A program made the position numbers and the translations under genes. Of a stretch of DNA of 1,092 nucleotides, positions 1-1,092 are shown piece after piece; the first letter of the stretch is position 1; the number at the start of each line of letters is the position of its first letter. Source of the DNA: Escherichia coli. GTDB lineage: Bacteria > Pseudomonadota > Gammaproteobacteria > Enterobacterales > Enterobacteriaceae. The notes beneath the pieces were generated by a model. It was not told the DNA's origin. It did not search any database and saw only the letters and a list, made by a program, of their open reading frames with translations. The DNA is taken from NCBI RefSeq assembly GCF_003334405.1, contig NZ_QOWM01000048.1, one strand, 5' to 3'.

Positions 1-60
1 GATTTAATCTGTATCAGGCTGAAAATCTTCTCTCATCCGCCAAAACAGCTTCGGCGTTGT
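1..60 (-). other. 23S-5S internal transcribed spacer (proximal part), containing the 3' trailer of pre-23S rRNA that is removed during maturation
   Basis: Reverse complement of 1..60 is ACAACGCCGAAGCTGTTTTGGCGGATGAGAGAAGATTTTCAGCCTGATACAGATTAAATC, which matches my recollection of the spacer that follows the 23S 3' end in E. coli-type rrn operons and precedes the 5S gene. It sits directly after the mature 23S 3' terminus at position 61. Confidence 0.82.

Positions 61-1092
<1,032 letters not shown>

Overview
The whole window is ribosomal RNA operon sequence read antisense, and I find no novel system in it. Positions 61..1092 are the 3'-terminal ~1,030 nt of a 23S rRNA gene on the minus strand, matching E. 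coli numbering ~1873-2904 (part of domain IV, all of domains V and VI). The match is to the Enterobacteriaceae (Escherichia/Shigella-type) sequence as I recall it; no database search was run. Positions 1..60 are the start of the 23S-5S spacer, so the 5S gene should lie just beyond the window start on the minus strand. Landmark motifs (helix 69, P-loop, peptidyl-transferase centre, A-loop, sarcin-ricin loop) all sit at one constant offset from E. coli numbering (window position = 2965 - E. coli position), so there is no intervening sequence, intron or sizeable indel. Every antibiotic-resistance position I checked carries the wild-type base. The two ORFs on the supplied track lie entirely inside the rRNA gene and are not credible protein-coding genes.
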